NCBI GenBank assembly: GCA_964515005.1
Contig: CAZEVT010000001.1
Span: forward strand, 310,720-374,719
Direction: 5' to 3'
Source: an uncultured Gammaproteobacteria bacterium
GTDB lineage: Bacteria; Patescibacteriota; Microgenomatia; UBA10105; UBA927
DNA: 64,000 nt
In this document: positions 26,133 to 35,104 of the stretch, piece by piece
Position numbering within the stretch: position 1 is the stretch's first letter
How the letters are laid out: each line of letters opens with the position of its first letter
The notes under the pieces: generated by a model
The model's input: the letters and a program-made list of their open reading frames with translations, nothing else
What the model was told of the DNA's origin: nothing
Database searches by the model: none
Made by a program: the position numbers and the translations under genes

Positions 26133-27621
26133 ACGCATCTGGGAAACCGGTATCGGTATTTTTCTTTTGGGGTTGTTGGTATATCTCCTCTTTTGGCGCT
26201 ATCAAATCGCCTCGACGAGATTTTTTGACATCGACGAGTTTGCCTATCTTCACTGGGCGGCGCAGGTTGCCCGCGGGGAGCGCATGTATGTGGATTTTTT
26301 CTCCTACTTTACGCCCGGATTTATGTGGGCGTTTACTCCTATTTTTTGGATATACGGAGTATCAACACAGGTTTTTACGGCGGCCCGGATGTTCTCTTTT
26401 GGTATCTTCTTGGGAATCGTCGGCATGGTCGGATTGCTTTTTGGCGAGACGCGTAGTGGGAAGTGGGCGCTGCTTCCGATGATTCTCTTAACCTTTTTGC
26501 CCATCCCGTATGAAAAACTTTTGGAAGTACGGCCGGATAATCTGGCGACTCTCTTAGCCTTTGGTGGGTTATTGGGAGAGATGAGGGCAATACAGGGCGA
26601 TAAAAAAGCATCACTGTGGTGGTTTATTTCGGGACTTTTGTACAGTGTGTCTTTGTTTGTACTCGTAAAAACCATGCCATTTGTGCTTGTTGGTGTGGGA
26701 GTAGCCGTTCTGGCCGTCTGGCCCATGAAAGAGTGGCAAAAATTCAGATTGTTTCTCTTGGGGCTGGGTGGGCCATGGATATTGTTTTTTTCGGTACTGT
26801 GGGTACAGGGGTACGGCGCCCAGGCTTGGTATGCACTCGTTCGTTTACCGTTTCTCGTCTATGGAAGCTTCAAAAACTTCTATATGGTGGCGACCTTATT
26901 TTTTTGGCCGAATTGGTGGCTGTATGGCGGCGACGGCAAGCACGTGACGATGGCTATGATTGTCAATCACAGTGTCTGGATTCTGGCAGGTCTCACCGGT
27001 ACATACCGGCTAGTGACCGCATTTGGCAGGAAGAGACAGGAAGGGTTGAAAGAACTGCTTATGGCGGGAACATTTTTTGTGAGTATGTTGGCATACACCA
27101 AATTTTTTCCTTTTAAGCACGGTCAGTACCTTATCCCGATTGCTGTCTTTGTTGCGTACTTTGCGGGAGACGCGTTATCGGTTTTCTTTGACCGGATGGC
27201 GAAGGCGAGGTGGTATGCACTACTGGCTCTCGTCTTTCTGGGCTTCGGATACCTATTGGTTGCGGTGAACGAGGAGGTTAATAGATTCAAACTTTCACTA
27301 ACCGCAGAAAAGCAAATGATGGAAATTTCAGCGCTTATTCAGACCGTACCCCCCTCGGCCCGTGTGGTCGATTTGGAAGGGCGAATGCTGTTTTGGCCTG
27401 CCGGATATCCCATATGCTGTTTACCGTTTGATACATTTCTGCCGTATGTGCGTGGGGGGGCGTCGCCGCTTCGGCAATATCTATCAGACCACCCGGCCGA
27501 GTATATCTATGGTGGAGAAACCGATCGTTTTACCACACTCTCTGCTGAAAATATATCATATATTCGCGCCAATTATGCTCCGGTACCGGGATTTGACGAA
27601 CGATTGAGGAAGAGAAAATGA
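26116..27621 (+). CDS. GT-C membrane glycosyltransferase (GT39-like)
   Basis: FDIDEFAYL, YVDFF, EVRPD, QYLIP. Start refined to ATG 26116 after TGcTACAAT. Confidence 0.82.
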   Translation: MAGGNKRIWETGIGIFLLGLLVYLLFWRYQIASTRFFDIDEFAYLHWAAQVARGERMYVDFFSYFTPGFMWAFTPIFWIYGVSTQVFTAARMFSFGIFLGIVGMVGLLFGETRSGKWALLPMILLTFLPIPYEKLLEVRPDNLATLLAFGGLLGEMRAIQGDKKASLWWFISGLLYSVSLFVLVKTMPFVLVGVGVAVLAVWPMKEWQKFRLFLLGLGGPWILFFSVLWVQGYGAQAWYALVRLPFLVYGSFKNFYMVATLFFWPNWWLYGGDGKHVTMAMIVNHSVWILAGLTGTYRLVTAFGRKRQEGLKELLMAGTFFVSMLAYTKFFPFKHGQYLIPIAVFVAYFAGDALSVFFDRMAKARWYALLALVFLGFGYLLVAVNEEVNRFKLSLTAEKQMMEISALIQTVPPSARVVDLEGRMLFWPAGYPICCLPFDTFLPYVRGGASPLRQYLSDHPAEYIYGGETDRFTTLSAENISYIRANYAPVPGFDERLRKRK

Positions 27622-27643
27622 ACGTGCTATACTGTGGGCCACG

Positions 27644-28666
27644 ATGAAACCATACCTCTCCATTGTCATCCCGCATTATCATGCACCGGAAAAGCTCGCG
27701 CGACTCCTTGCGTCGATCGGGAAAAGTAAACACGCGCCGCCCTATGAAGTGATTATTGTCGATGACGGATCGACGACCACGTTTACACATCCCGCCTTGC
27801 CGGCAGGCAGGCAACTCACCAAACCCCATGTTATTCGATTACTCAAAAATCATGGGCCTGCGGTTGCCAGGAATCGCGGAGTCGACGCCGCCCGCGGTAT
27901 GTTTATCGTATTTTTGGACTGTGACGTTGAAGTATTTCCCGACACGCTTGCGCAAATTGCCAAGATTTATAAAGACGATCCTGATGTAGTCGCCCTTACA
28001 GGCGTATGGGTCAAAGAGCAAAAAACTCGTGCGTTTTTTCCCAATTTCAAGGCGCTACGGGATTGGTCGTACTGGATCCATGAGCGGGACGCAAGCGGGT
28101 ATTACTTCCTTTTCTCGACGCGTATCGCATCAATTAAAAAGGCGGTGTTTCAGCGTTTGGGCGGATTTGACGAAACGTACCCCGCGCCGCTTGTTGAAGA
28201 TATAGAGCTTACGTACCGGATCGCCCGCCGCTACGCCATTATATTCGCCCCAAAGGTACGGGTTCGGCATGAGTTTGAGGGTTTTTGGCCCGTTGCGAAA
28301 AAATACTTTTGGCGGACATACTACTGGACGAAGCTCTACAGTGAGCGCAAGAAATTTGATCCCGTCGCCACCACCGTGCGGGAGAGTTTAACGGCCATAA
28401 CCGGGGTGGGGGCCCTCGGCGCAATTGTCCTTGGCATGCTTACGTTTTTTGTGATCCCGGTGCCGCTGATCCGCGTGGTGTTTCTTTTGACGGGAATTTT
28501 CCTTATGGCCATCCACATCTGGTTTCTTCGCACGTTCTTGTCGTTTGTGTATCGGGAAAAAGGCTTTGCGTTTGCGCTCAAGTCCCTTGGAACGGGCCTC
28601 GTTCTCTATATGGTCATTCTCTCCGGAGCCCTCTTTTACAAACTTCAATCATTGCGGGATGGTTAG
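27644..28666 (+). CDS. Glycosyltransferase family 2 with C-terminal TM helices
   Basis: IVDDGS, GPAVARNRG, FLDCD, GGFDE, EDIEL. Confidence 0.9.
   Translation: MKPYLSIVIPHYHAPEKLARLLASIGKSKHAPPYEVIIVDDGSTTTFTHPALPAGRQLTKPHVIRLLKNHGPAVARNRGVDAARGMFIVFLDCDVEVFPDTLAQIAKIYKDDPDVVALTGVWVKEQKTRAFFPNFKALRDWSYWIHERDASGYYFLFSTRIASIKKAVFQRLGGFDETYPAPLVEDIELTYRIARRYAIIFAPKVRVRHEFEGFWPVAKKYFWRTYYWTKLYSERKKFDPVATTVRESLTAITGVGALGAIVLGMLTFFVIPVPLIRVVFLLTGIFLMAIHIWFLRTFLSFVYREKGFAFALKSLGTGLVLYMVILSGALFYKLQSLRDG
27791..27811. repeat. Imperfect copy of the CCTGCCTGCCGGCAGGCAGG palindrome inside the GT2
   Basis: CCCGCCTTGCCGGCAGGCAGG, encoding PALPAGR. Confidence 0.7.
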
Positions 28667-30409
28667 CTCAGAGGGCGCGGGTGCGGCTGTGGCGGGCGTA
28701 TCACTCGCCGGCAAATTTTTGAGTGCATCCAGTTCGTTTTTTGCCTTGTAGTAATCAGAGCTTTCGGGCGGCACCAGGAGGATCGTTTTCTCAAGCGTTT
28801 CTGCAGCTTTCACCGTGTCGCCTTTGAGCCTATATGCATTAGCCAGATTATAGAGTGCATTGGCGTACCCGGGGCGAATGCGCGCCGCCCTTTCAAAAAC
28901 CCGAACCGCCTCATCATACTTTTTTTGGTGGATATAGACGGCGCCCAGATTGAGGAGTAGCAGGGGATTGTTGGGGTCAAGCTCGATGGTTTTTTCGTAA
29001 CTTGCCGCGGCCCAAGCGTCTGCGCCGGTCGCTACCGGGATAAGGCTTTGGTAGACCGATGACAAGTTTTCCCAGGCTATAACATTATTGGTATTGAGGT
29101 TAACCGCGATTTTTGCTTCCCGAATTCCTTGATCTATGAGACGTTCTATTAGTTTTTGATCCTCCTGGGCCTTCGCGCTTTCGGTTGCCGTGAGGGTTTC
29201 AAGTTCTCCGGCCAAGCTACTTGCAAGAGCGATACTTATCTGGCTGTAGGTCATGTGATATTTGGTGGCATAGGGATTAACCTTCAGAGCCCCGACGAGA
29301 AGATTGTACGCCTTAGTGCCCTCATCCCGCTTGGCGGCGGAAAGTGCTTGCATATACATGAACTGACCCCAGTACACGAATCCTACTCCTAAAAAGAGAA
29401 TAATGCCGAGCGTAAAGCAAACAAAAGCGCCCAGGATGCGTCGCCATGACCGCCATTGGGCAGGGGCATGTTCTTCCTGTTCTCTCCCCGAAAGAATAAA
29501 TACCGCTGCAATAACGGTAAGGAGGGTGACGGTCGGCGGGACAAGAAGTAGGGCCGCAAGCGAAAGGAGTTTTGGTGCCAGGAAGGTATCCTTTTTCGTA
29601 ATACCCTGTAAAATAGCGTAGGCAAAAGCGAGCCCTGCTCCCAGCCCCAAGAGGCCGTAGACGGTGGCAACATGCAGGAAAAAGTTAGCGTTTGTGGTAA
29701 ACCTGGTATTCCACAAGGCGGTCGCGCTCATCCACTGCGGCCGGCCGGCTGTATATGCGGTCACGAAATTTTCGCTGCCTACCCCCACTAGGACTCCGCG
29801 CATAGATTTAAATGTTTCAAGAACCACGCTCCCTCCGGTAGAAATGGGCAGCATGGTACTCACGCGGGGGGTGAGGTGCCATGCGGTCATGGCGGCGCCC
29901 GCCGTCACCAGGAAAGCGAAGAGAAGTAGTGGTACCGAATTTTCTTTCAGAGACGAGCGGATATCAGTGAATAGGAGCGATAGTCCAATGACAAGGAGGG
30001 CAAGCGTGGTTGTCGCGTTCCCGGTAAGATTCCATAACGGATCCGCAAGGGAAGAGGCTCCGGGAAACATAAGTTTTCCCACGCCCAATCCCTGGTAGAT
30101 GGCAATAAGTCCTACCAAGGCCGCTACCGTATAGAGAACCCAGGAGAGTCGTGCTTTGATCTTGGGACGCGCGGGGACCCCTGCGGCAACCAAAATGGCA
30201 AGCGCGATAAATGTAATTGGTCCTAGCGGCCCAACAAGCGCCTCTCCCATATTTTGAGAAACTGCTAGAAGACTAATAAGCGAGGAGGCGGCAAGTGCGG
30301 CAAATCCTATCGTTCCGGGCGAGAGGCGAAGGGGCAGGGACTTGCGGGAAGCGATGGCAATACCTGACATGATGAGGATAACGGCTGCGGCGAGGGTGAT
30401 AATCGGCAT
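28649..30409 (-). CDS. O-antigen-ligase-like membrane protein with C-terminal TPR repeats
   Basis: Many TMs, LVGVGSENF and NFFLHVATVYGLLG (Wzy_C-like), TPRs (YEKTIELDPNN, YANALYNLA). Confidence 0.78.
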   Translation of the reverse strand: MPIITLAAAVILIMSGIAIASRKSLPLRLSPGTIGFAALAASSLISLLAVSQNMGEALVGPLGPITFIALAILVAAGVPARPKIKARLSWVLYTVAALVGLIAIYQGLGVGKLMFPGASSLADPLWNLTGNATTTLALLVIGLSLLFTDIRSSLKENSVPLLLFAFLVTAGAAMTAWHLTPRVSTMLPISTGGSVVLETFKSMRGVLVGVGSENFVTAYTAGRPQWMSATALWNTRFTTNANFFLHVATVYGLLGLGAGLAFAYAILQGITKKDTFLAPKLLSLAALLLVPPTVTLLTVIAAVFILSGREQEEHAPAQWRSWRRILGAFVCFTLGIILFLGVGFVYWGQFMYMQALSAAKRDEGTKAYNLLVGALKVNPYATKYHMTYSQISIALASSLAGELETLTATESAKAQEDQKLIERLIDQGIREAKIAVNLNTNNVIAWENLSSVYQSLIPVATGADAWAAASYEKTIELDPNNPLLLLNLGAVYIHQKKYDEAVRVFERAARIRPGYANALYNLANAYRLKGDTVKAAETLEKTILLVPPESSDYYKAKNELDALKNLPASDTPATAAPAPSELTIPQ

Positions 30410-30438
30410 GGATCTATCATAATCGATTCCGACGCTGG

Positions 30439-30467
30439 TTGCATTTCCTGTTCATTCTTGTCATACT
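30439..30467 (+). promoter_or_regulatory. Pilin promoter
   Basis: TTGCAT-17-CATACT with TGT upstream of the -10, matching the promoter at 57950-57978. Confidence 0.55.
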
Positions 30468-30477
30468 TTTTTACAGC

Positions 30478-30993
30478 ATGCAAAAGAACAAAACGCGCCT
30501 GCCTGCCGGCAGGCAGGGTTTTACCCTGATTGAGCTTATGATCGTCATGGTCATCCTTGCAATATTGGCGGCAGTCGGTACAAGCTCATTTATATCTTCA
30601 CAAAAAAAATCGCGCGACTCTACCAGAAAATCTAGTCTCAAGAATATTGCGACGGCACTGGAGCTGTACTACAACGATAAAGGAAAATATCCAGGCGATG
30701 ATGGAGCCGGAAAAATAAAAGGGTGCGGCGATGATATTGCTCCGACGGTCTGTCAGCCAGGCACTGCCTTTTCTGACGCCAACGGGACCATCTATATGGA
30801 GCGGCTTCCCGTCGACCCGACATCGAAGCGGCGTTACTACTACCGAGCGCCGTCGGTCAATCAGTTTCAAATCTATGCGAATTTGGAAAACGATCAGGAT
30901 TCGTCAATTATCTCAACCGACTCAAGCTGTGCCGCCAGTACCGGATCGTTTCCGTGTAACTTCGGATTAAGCAGCGCGAACATAACGCCATGA
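30478..30993 (+). CDS. Type IV pilin/pseudopilin (GspG-like)
   Basis: [14 protein letters not shown] cleavage-methylation motif, [10 protein letters not shown]...LELYYND..YP, four Cys. Start refined to 30478. Confidence 0.9.
   Translation: MQKNKTRLPAGRQGFTLIELMIVMVILAILAAVGTSSFISSQKKSRDSTRKSSLKNIATALELYYNDKGKYPGDDGAGKIKGCGDDIAPTVCQPGTAFSDANGTIYMERLPVDPTSKRRYYYRAPSVNQFQIYANLENDQDSSIISTDSSCAASTGSFPCNFGLSSANITP
30498..30517. repeat. 20-bp perfect palindrome in the prepilin leader
   Basis: CCTGCCTGCCGGCAGGCAGG, encoding LPAGRQ just before GFTL. Confidence 0.8.
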
Positions 30994-31505
30994 GTATAAA
31001 ATCTACCCATTTCAAACCACATAGCGCGTTCACATTGATCGAGCTTCTGGTCGTGATTGCCATCATTGCCTCGATGGTCGCCCTTGCCCTTCCTAATTAC
31101 TTAAGTGCCCGTGAACGGGCCCGGGACAGTAAGAAAAAAAGTGAGATGCGGGAGCTTAAGGCGGCACTCCGTCTGTATTACAATGATTTCAACAACTACC
31201 CGGCAGATGACGGAGTGGGACACATAAAAGGGTGTGGAGCCGCGGGGGCGGGACCATGCCCGTGCAGTAGCACCGTAGATTTTGCCTCTGGAGCAACCTG
31301 TGACAACCTGTTCATGAAGAAATTACCCAGTGATCTGGGGGTCGGTACCTATTACTTTAAAGGAGCCAATGGTGAAGATTTCTGTCTGAGTACGCTACTT
31401 GATAACAAATCGGATCAGGATATTACTACCAGTCAATCCCGCTGTGCGTCCGTCTGCGGAATAAACTGCAACACCACCGGCCGCTTTTGTACGTGTGCGG
31501 ACTGA
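30990..31505 (+). CDS. Cys-rich type IV pilin/pseudopilin
   Basis: [23 protein letters not shown]...LRLYYND..YP, ten Cys. Confidence 0.9.
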   Translation: MSIKSTHFKPHSAFTLIELLVVIAIIASMVALALPNYLSARERARDSKKKSEMRELKAALRLYYNDFNNYPADDGVGHIKGCGAAGAGPCPCSSTVDFASGATCDNLFMKKLPSDLGVGTYYFKGANGEDFCLSTLLDNKSDQDITTSQSRCASVCGINCNTTGRFCTCAD

Positions 31506-31522
31506 TAAGCGATACGGGGATT

Positions 31523-32539
31523 TCATAGCCTCACCTCTTTTCCATCCGTACGAATTGATTGAGTAGCGCTTTCTACGGCTCGGATCACCCGAATTCCCAT
31601 CGGTCCGTCGCTTACTGGATTTTCCCCTTTTGTTATTGCTTTTACAAAGTCCTCTGCCATAGTCAAAAGTCCTTCTCTCATAGGCAAACGCGGCGCGGTC
31701 ATCCCGCCGGTTCGGTAACCGATGCGCAGTTGGTACTGCGCGTGCGGATCAGTGAGCGCGGAAATTCCTTTATCGTAGATTTTAATTTTTTCAGACGGCT
31801 CGATGTCGTTATAGACAAGCATCCGTTTGGTGCCCACAAACATCATAGTTCTGATTTTTACCGGCGACAACCAGCTCACGTGGGTATGGAAAAAGAGCCC
31901 GTTCGGATAGCGCGCCGTGATATAGGCGACCGTTTCCTGCTGCATTTTTTGAGGTGCAAATCCGGTTCCTGATACGGCGTTGGGTGCTTTGGCGAACATA
32001 TAGTCGATGATAGAAAAATCGTGAGTAGCGAGATCAAAAATGACATTGCTGTCGCTGCGTATTACGCCTAAATTAGTTCGTACTGAATCGATGAAGAAAA
32101 CTTTTCCGAGCTGACCGCTTTGGATAATGTCACGAATCTTTATGACTTCCGGGGTATAGAGATACGTATGGTCCACCATAAGGGTTCGCTTCCTGCTTTT
32201 GGCCAGGGCTACGAGGATTATCGCTTCGGCAACAGTGGGGGAGAGAGGTTTTTCGACGAGGACATGCTTGCCAGCCGATAGAGCTGCCTGCGCCAGTGAC
32301 ACATGCGTAGCCAGTGGCGTCGCAATGACGACTGCGTCCGTCTTGGGGTCCGCCAAAACTTGACGAACATCGGTTGTGGTTTTGGCTGTAGGGTACTGTC
32401 TTGGAATATCTTTGAGTACGTGGGGGTTACGGTCGCAGATCCAGGAAATGTCAACGTTCGGAAGGGAGCGTATGTTGCGTGCGACATTCGGTCCCCAGTA
32501 GCCGAAACCAATAATACCAATATGAATCATAGGTGACAT
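31523..32539 (-). CDS. Gfo/Idh/MocA family oxidoreductase (nucleotide-sugar dehydrogenase-like)
   Basis: IGIIGFGYWG, HVLVEKP, DLATHD, VSWLSPVK. Start refined. Confidence 0.9.
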   Translation of the reverse strand: MSPMIHIGIIGFGYWGPNVARNIRSLPNVDISWICDRNPHVLKDIPRQYPTAKTTTDVRQVLADPKTDAVVIATPLATHVSLAQAALSAGKHVLVEKPLSPTVAEAIILVALAKSRKRTLMVDHTYLYTPEVIKIRDIIQSGQLGKVFFIDSVRTNLGVIRSDSNVIFDLATHDFSIIDYMFAKAPNAVSGTGFAPQKMQQETVAYITARYPNGLFFHTHVSWLSPVKIRTMMFVGTKRMLVYNDIEPSEKIKIYDKGISALTDPHAQYQLRIGYRTGGMTAPRLPMREGLLTMAEDFVKAITKGENPVSDGPMGIRVIRAVESATQSIRTDGKEVRL

Positions 32540-32574
32540 GTGGACAAAGCAAATGGTATTATAACTCAATTATT

Positions 32575-33357
32575 ATGTATGTCACTGACATCAAGAAACA
32601 AACGCGTCATTTTATTGAGCTTCTGTGGGTTACCACGGAAAAGGAATTGCGGACCCGGTATAAATATACAATTTTGGGATTTTTGTGGATCGTGTTTATA
32701 CCGCTTTTGCAGATGTTGGTAATCGGATTTATTTTTACTTTTTTTGTTAAAGAACAGATTCCCCGGTATAACTACTTTCTCTATATAGGCCTTCTGATAT
32801 GGAATTTTTTTGCACTTTCGGTTGCGAAGGCAACATCGAGCATGATCAGTGAGCGCGACCTCATCACCCGGGCAAAATTTCCCCGGATCATTATCCCGCT
32901 ATCGATTATTTTTTCTAACCTCACCCATTTCCTATTGGGACTCGTTTTAGTCATTATTGCACTTCTTCCCGCGGGAACACTTCACCCATGGAGCATCGTT
33001 GTTGTCGTTTTTGCGACCGCACTTTTGATTCTCTTTACGATCGGGTTTTCGGGCTGGACGACGGCGCTCAATGTTCGGTATCGGGATATTAATTTTTTGG
33101 TACAGGCAATCCTAATGTTATGGTTTTACGCCACTCCCATTGTGTACCCCTTGTATTTTATTGCTAGTCCCATGCAGTGGCTTTGGTACTTCAACCCCCT
33201 CACAAGCGTTGTTGAAATCTATCAGTGGGCGCTTGTGGGGACTCCGGGCCCCGGCTGGGGGCTTTTTATGGCAAACGTAGCCGAAATTTTGGGAATAGGT
33301 ATTATGGGTATTATCTTCTTCAACCGAAAAAGTAAACATTTTGCCGATTGGATATGA
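32575..33357 (+). CDS. wzm: Polysaccharide/teichoic acid export ABC permease (Wzm/TagG-like)
   Basis: RYKYTILGFLW, RYRD, ATPIVYP, NPL motifs. Confidence 0.88.
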   Translation: MYVTDIKKQTRHFIELLWVTTEKELRTRYKYTILGFLWIVFIPLLQMLVIGFIFTFFVKEQIPRYNYFLYIGLLIWNFFALSVAKATSSMISERDLITRAKFPRIIIPLSIIFSNLTHFLLGLVLVIIALLPAGTLHPWSIVVVVFATALLILFTIGFSGWTTALNVRYRDINFLVQAILMLWFYATPIVYPLYFIASPMQWLWYFNPLTSVVEIYQWALVGTPGPGWGLFMANVAEILGIGIMGIIFFNRKSKHFADWI

Positions 33358-34124
33358 GAAGAAATAAACACAATAAGCAGGTTATATTGACGCTTGCAGG
33401 TATTACCAAATATTACACGATTCATCATGAAAAACCGCTTCTGTTTGATGAGTTCATGCGTGTTGGCAATGAACGATTCCCGGCCGTCAAGAACGTTCGT
33501 CTGACGGTCTATAAAGGGGAAAAAATAGGTATTTTGGGACCCAACGGTTCAGGTAAAACGACGCTTCTCAAGCTCGTCTCCGGCATAATCGTTCCGACCA
33601 GCGGGAGGCTTGTCTTGGGAGGAACTGTGGTGCCGATTATTGACGCTGAAGCAGGGTTTCATCCGGATCTTACTGGTGAGCAGAATATCTATTTAAATGG
33701 ACTTATTATGGGTATGACCAGGAAAGAAATCCGGCAGCAATTATTCCGTATTATAGAGTTTGCTGAGCTTGGACGCTTTATTGACGTACCGTTTTATACG
33801 TACTCGCAGGGCATGAAGCTGCGTCTTGGGCTTGCTATAGCATTGTATGCCAATCCCGATATCTTACTTCTTGACGAGGGTATTGGCGCGGGTGATAAAG
33901 AATTTCAAAAGAAGGTGCAGGCTAAAGTCCACGAACTGTTTACCTCCGGGATGACGGTCATGATTGCCTCACATTGGCTGGGGTATCTTAAGAAGTACTG
34001 CACGCGGATTCTTATTATGGACCACGGGAGAATTATTGCGGACGGTACGACGAAACTTGTGGGGCAGTACACGAAAATGAAATTTAACCACGAACGCATT
34101 CTGCACGTAGGAAGAAAAAAATAA
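33354..34124 (+). CDS. wzt: Polysaccharide export ABC ATPase (Wzt/TagH-like, no C-terminal CBD)
   Basis: GPNGSGKTT, GFHPDLTGEQNI, YSQGM, LLLDE..GAGD. ATGA overlap with wzm. Confidence 0.9.
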   Translation: MRRNKHNKQVILTLAGITKYYTIHHEKPLLFDEFMRVGNERFPAVKNVRLTVYKGEKIGILGPNGSGKTTLLKLVSGIIVPTSGRLVLGGTVVPIIDAEAGFHPDLTGEQNIYLNGLIMGMTRKEIRQQLFRIIEFAELGRFIDVPFYTYSQGMKLRLGLAIALYANPDILLLDEGIGAGDKEFQKKVQAKVHELFTSGMTVMIASHWLGYLKKYCTRILIMDHGRIIADGTTKLVGQYTKMKFNHERILHVGRKK

Positions 34125-35057
34125 CTAGTTATTTTTTACCACGTTTTCCACAGGAGGAATAGGAGTAATTTTTGCAAAGAAAAATGCAATGAGCAGTCCC
34201 CAACACACATGATACAGATCAGCAAACACGTCATATAAGAAGCCGGGAGGGGAACGCCGTGCGTGAATGAGTGCCTTCATCTCATCGGTAATACCTTGAA
34301 AAGTTTCTGCAATATATGATTGCATTACTTCCCGACACTCTGACACTCCCAGGAGTCCGTAGAAGCCATACGCTGCTATACCGCCACACAAGTACGAGTG
34401 CGCCTGATGTTTGGCTTCGGCAATTGTGAGCCATTTATTGTGGTATACGATCATTGACGGATTGTATGCTATCGTGTGCCGGGCGATGAGGGCGCGAAGA
34501 ATAAACTCGGCATCCTCAGCATTGTGTCCAATAGAGCCGGGGCCCAGCCACCATTTGTACCTGCCGATAGCGTCAAACACCTGTTTTTTTATCACGGCAT
34601 TATTGTCATACCCCACATCAATCCAATGCCGGCTAATGTGTGATGTCACCGTAAACTTGTTTGGTTTTTTTGTGAATGTACAGGGACAGATTTGCCCTGT
34701 GTGTTCTTCGGGGTGGTAGGCATGCGTCTGTCCGTACACGAGAGCGATTAATGGATCAGAAAGTGTCACCACTGCCTTCGAAACCCAATCTTTGTCTAAA
34801 TAACAATCATCGTCGGTTAAACCAACTAGCTCTGTGTGCACTTCATCAAGACCCCTGTTTATCGCCCTGCTTCTTCCTGTGTTGGTGAGCTTGATGTGCA
34901 CGACCTTCGATTGATGATTGGTATAGCTGTTTGCAGATCCTTGGGTAACTAAGACTATTTTGGCGAGTCGTGCGTCACGAAGAACCTCTTTCCATATATT
35001 TGGGTATACGACGCCTTCTCTGTTTGAGCAGACTACCAGTGTAAGTGTTGGCTTCAT
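34125..35057 (-). CDS. Glycosyltransferase family 2
   Basis: GRSRAINRG, TDDDC, AEDAE. Confidence 0.85.
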   Translation of the reverse strand: MKPTLTLVVCSNREGVVYPNIWKEVLRDARLAKIVLVTQGSANSYTNHQSKVVHIKLTNTGRSRAINRGLDEVHTELVGLTDDDCYLDKDWVSKAVVTLSDPLIALVYGQTHAYHPEEHTGQICPCTFTKKPNKFTVTSHISRHWIDVGYDNNAVIKKQVFDAIGRYKWWLGPGSIGHNAEDAEFILRALIARHTIAYNPSMIVYHNKWLTIAEAKHQAHSYLCGGIAAYGFYGLLGVSECREVMQSYIAETFQGITDEMKALIHARRSPPGFLYDVFADLYHVCWGLLIAFFFAKITPIPPVENVVKNN

Positions 35058-35104
35058 GGAAACAAGTATAAACCATACGATATGCTATAGTATCTTACAA
35101 AACC

